A DNA stretch of 64,000 nt from a virus: the IMG/VR virus record IMGVR_UViG_3300045988_077276, positions 6,783 through 70,782 of that record; one strand, 5' to 3'. Made by a program: the position numbers and the translations under genes. Positions 61,420 through 64,000 of the stretch are shown here, in pieces (within the stretch, counting starts at the first letter, position 1; every line of letters begins with the position of its first letter). The notes under the pieces are model-generated. The model was not told the DNA's origin and did no database searches. It saw only the letters and a program-made list of their open reading frames with translations.

Positions 61420-64000
61420 TTATTTCTTTAATTCCAATGGTTTTGCCTTGGTGATACAATCGCCACGCAATTGGATATAATACCCAACACCTAGTTGCAA
61501 TTCAACTAAGTATGAAGACCACATAACATACTTGTTACCAAGATGGTCAAACACATATGCCATCGGCTTGCCAGTCTTGGTTGTTCTTTGTTTGAAGTCA
61601 GAAACGATAATTGCTTTAACGTCACGACCGTTTGCCAATTCTGTGTTATATTCTTTTAAAGGGTTCTCAAAAGAACATCCAAGGTATTTATACCTAAGAG
61701 TAGAGAGAGGCACCTTACAGGTCAAATCTGGCGATTCTAGGAGGGTTATGGAGTTATACTTAGATGTCCATTCTTGGATTTTCTTTTCGATGTTCGCCAA
61801 TTTCTTTTCCATAGATTGTAATTGCTTTGGTGTTGCCGTTGGTGATTCCGTTTGCATTAACTGTTGGTGGTCACACAATTTAACATTCCATTCGTCAATC
61901 TTGTTTTGTGCGTTCTTGCGGTCATTATCAAACGATTTATACTTAGGGATTAACGCCATAAGTTCGTTTGTTTCACCCAAGAAATCTAATGCACCACTAC
62001 CGACTAGACCCTCTAGTTGCAATTTTGTGTACTTACTAAAGATGGCATCTATGGTATATTCTTGTGGTTTTTCAATCTTGTTGATACCCTTGATGTACGC
62101 AAGACCAACACGAATAGCATTACCATCGACTGACCACTGGCGGTCACTATGACGTAAATCTGGTGGTAATATCTCGATGCCCTTGCGTTTAATCTCTTGA
62201 ATATACGGAAGTATTTTCTCTTGGTTGCCATCTTCGGAATTGATGGTTGCCACATAAAACTCGAGCGGATAATGGGTCTTTAAGTATGCCGTTATGTATG
62301 CCATATAGCCGTATGATTGACTGTGAGCCTTATTAAATCCATAACTTGCGGCTGCAATAATCATATCTAAGATTTGTTTTGCCACATCTTCATTCGTACC
62401 ATTCGCAACCGCACGGTCAACAAATTCTGCCGTAATCTCTTGCATTAAATCGTGGTCTTTTTTACCAACCGCACGTCTTACAGTATCGGCTTCCGCCATT
62501 GAATACCCAGCGATAATCTGACACACACGCATAATCTGCTCTTGGAATACCATAATACCATAAGTTTCACCCAACGGTTCTTCTAACCGTTCATCCAAGT
62601 ATTCAAACGGCTTTCCATTACGGCGTTCGATATACTCATCAAGCATACCTGTTAAGATACACGCTGGTCGATACAATGCGACTACGGCAATTAAATCAAC
62701 AAAATTCTTTGGTGCAATACTTTTGAGAGTTCTAATCATTCCCGGTGATTTCATTTGAAAAACACCAAGCGTATCACCCTTACATAGCAAGTCCAACGTA
62801 GGTTTATCATCCCAAGGTAATTTTGCCAAGTCAAGACTGTCCTTGACACCAGCCATTGTTACACAATCATTGATTACATCCAAGGTTCTAAGACCAAGAA
62901 TATCTTCCTTTAGGAAACCCATAGATTCTAAATGTTTGAAGTTGGTAGATGCCACAAATGTTTCTTCTTTTGTTTTAGAATCTTTTTGCATTTCTAATGA
63001 GCAATACTTGGTAATATCTTGGTTTGAAACAATGACTGCCGATGCGTGTTTGCCAAAGCCAGTCATAATACCGACCAACTGTTTTGCCAAAGAGAACATC
63101 TCTGGATGCTTACCATCGTTTACATGGTCAAGTTTGGCATACTCTAGGTCGTTATCATGGTAATCTTCATCATCGTCAAACGAAACATCCTTAATTTTCT
63201 TTGAGTATGCATCTGCGATGGTATGGTCTATGCTTAAACACCGTGCAGCTTCTTTTAATGCTCCAGATGCTTTCATGTATGAAAATGTACGACATTGGTA
63301 TACATATTTGTATTTTTCTTCGAGATATTGAATGACTTCTCCACGTCTTACCTTAGAACAATCGTTGTCTACGTCTGGTGGTGATACACGGTTTGGGTTT
63401 GCAAACCGTTCAAAATACAAGTTGTTCGTAATGGCATCCAAAGATGTAATATCTAATAAATATGCACATTCACATCCTCCGACTGAACCACGTCCATGAC
63501 CAACTGGGATGTCACGCTTGCGACACGCATCGAGAATATCTTTGGTAATCAACAAGTAGTCCATATACCCAACTTGTTCCAAAATATCAATCTCATGTGG
63601 AACACGTTCGTCAACACGTTTTTTAAATTCTGGTGTCACCTTGCCGATAATCTTTTGTTTATATCCATCACGCAACGCCTGTAGAAACACAGGTTTCACA
63701 TCACCATCTTTTACAAACTTAGGGTAGACATCAAGGTTAAAATCGACCTGTGCGTTGCATTTGTCAAAAATAACATTGGTATTCTTAACCATTGTTTCAA
63801 CCATGTCTACACCGAATTGTGGATACAGACGGTCAAACACTTGTGCTTCCGATTGGATAAAGAAGTCGTTTGAACCATAGTATTGGTCTTCATCATCATC
63901 TTGTGAGCGACCACGGAAAGCCTTGTGGAGTGCATAGTCTTCTTCATGCACATAATGAGAATCACAAGCGGCAATCAATGGAACATCATACTTTGCACCC
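61420..64000 (-). CDS. dnaE: DNA polymerase III alpha subunit (DnaE-type), 5'-partial at the window edge
   Basis: More than 850 aa with VGHGRGSVGGCECAYLLDIT, GVFQMKSPGM and LYRPA motifs. The reading frame stays open to position 64000. Confidence 0.9.
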   Translation of the reverse strand, partial: GAKYDVPLIAACDSHYVHEEDYALHKAFRGRSQDDDEDQYYGSNDFFIQSEAQVFDRLYPQFGVDMVETMVKNTNVIFDKCNAQVDFNLDVYPKFVKDGDVKPVFLQALRDGYKQKIIGKVTPEFKKRVDERVPHEIDILEQVGYMDYLLITKDILDACRKRDIPVGHGRGSVGGCECAYLLDITSLDAITNNLYFERFANPNRVSPPDVDNDCSKVRRGEVIQYLEEKYKYVYQCRTFSYMKASGALKEAARCLSIDHTIADAYSKKIKDVSFDDDEDYHDNDLEYAKLDHVNDGKHPEMFSLAKQLVGIMTGFGKHASAVIVSNQDITKYCSLEMQKDSKTKEETFVASTNFKHLESMGFLKEDILGLRTLDVINDCVTMAGVKDSLDLAKLPWDDKPTLDLLCKGDTLGVFQMKSPGMIRTLKSIAPKNFVDLIAVVALYRPACILTGMLDEYIERRNGKPFEYLDERLEEPLGETYGIMVFQEQIMRVCQIIAGYSMAEADTVRRAVGKKDHDLMQEITAEFVDRAVANGTNEDVAKQILDMIIAAASYGFNKAHSQSYGYMAYITAYLKTHYPLEFYVATINSEDGNQEKILPYIQEIKRKGIEILPPDLRHSDRQWSVDGNAIRVGLAYIKGINKIEKPQEYTIDAIFSKYTKLQLEGLVGSGALDFLGETNELMALIPKYKSFDNDRKNAQNKIDEWNVKLCDHQQLMQTESPTATPKQLQSMEKKLANIEKKIQEWTSKYNSITLLESPDLTCKVPLSTLRYKYLGCSFENPLKEYNTELANGRDVKAIIVSDFKQRTTKTGKPMAYVFDHLGNKYVMWSSYLVELQLGVGYYIQLRGDCITKAKPLELKK

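Overview
The window is a contiguous stretch of a large tailed-phage or prophage genome. Nearly all genes are on the + strand, with strong GGAGG-type ribosome-binding sites and sigma-70-like extended -10 promoters. Layout: (1) 1-26.8 kb holds early, replication and nucleotide-metabolism genes. These include a C5 and an N6/N4 DNA methyltransferase, a DnaB-like helicase, a Cas4/RecB-like nuclease, RusA, dUTPase, ThyX, P-loop kinases, a metallophosphoesterase, a sigma-like factor and many small ORFans. Embedded in this block is a 1.85-kb promoter-to-terminator RNA island (5.66-7.52 kb) with 4 canonical tRNAs (Met-CAT, Ser-GCT, Asn-GTT, Ser-TGA) and several non-canonical tRNA-like and hairpin elements. 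(2) 26.8-35 kb is an unusual, low-coding, repeat-dense region. It has origin-like iterons and A-tracts, an sRNA candidate, and three very AT-rich gene cassettes with homologous promoters, 5' leaders and terminators. Each cassette is followed by inverted-repeat pairs. A perfect 23-bp inverted repeat brackets 3.6 kb of this region. (3) 35.0-35.8 kb carries a minus-strand operon of a 176-aa catalytic-domain-only tyrosine recombinase and a small membrane protein. (4) 35.9-61.3 kb is a siphovirus-like late module: TerS, TerL, portal, protease-scaffold, major capsid, connectors, major tail, G/GT chaperone with a -1 frameshift, a 1656-aa tape measure with an embedded lysozyme-like domain, a lambda/GTA-like tail tip, a 1667-aa J-like protein, a fibre and a lysis cassette. 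(5) 61.4-64 kb is a partial DnaE-type polymerase on the minus strand. A phage-borne YadA-type trimeric autotransporter and spanin-like genes suggest a diderm host. Together with the Firmicute-style expression signals this points to Negativicutes such as Veillonella, but that is inference only. The best candidates for new biology are the anticodon-arm-less tRNA-like RNAs with covarying hairpins, and the cassette array with inverted repeats plus the mini-recombinase. A triplicated FETNSSS-motif family (one copy fused to a DUF2829/Tad2-like domain) and a fully overlapping dual-frame gene pair in the lysis cassette follow. No GC values, database hits or fold energies were computed. All calls rest on reading the sequence and the supplied ORF track.
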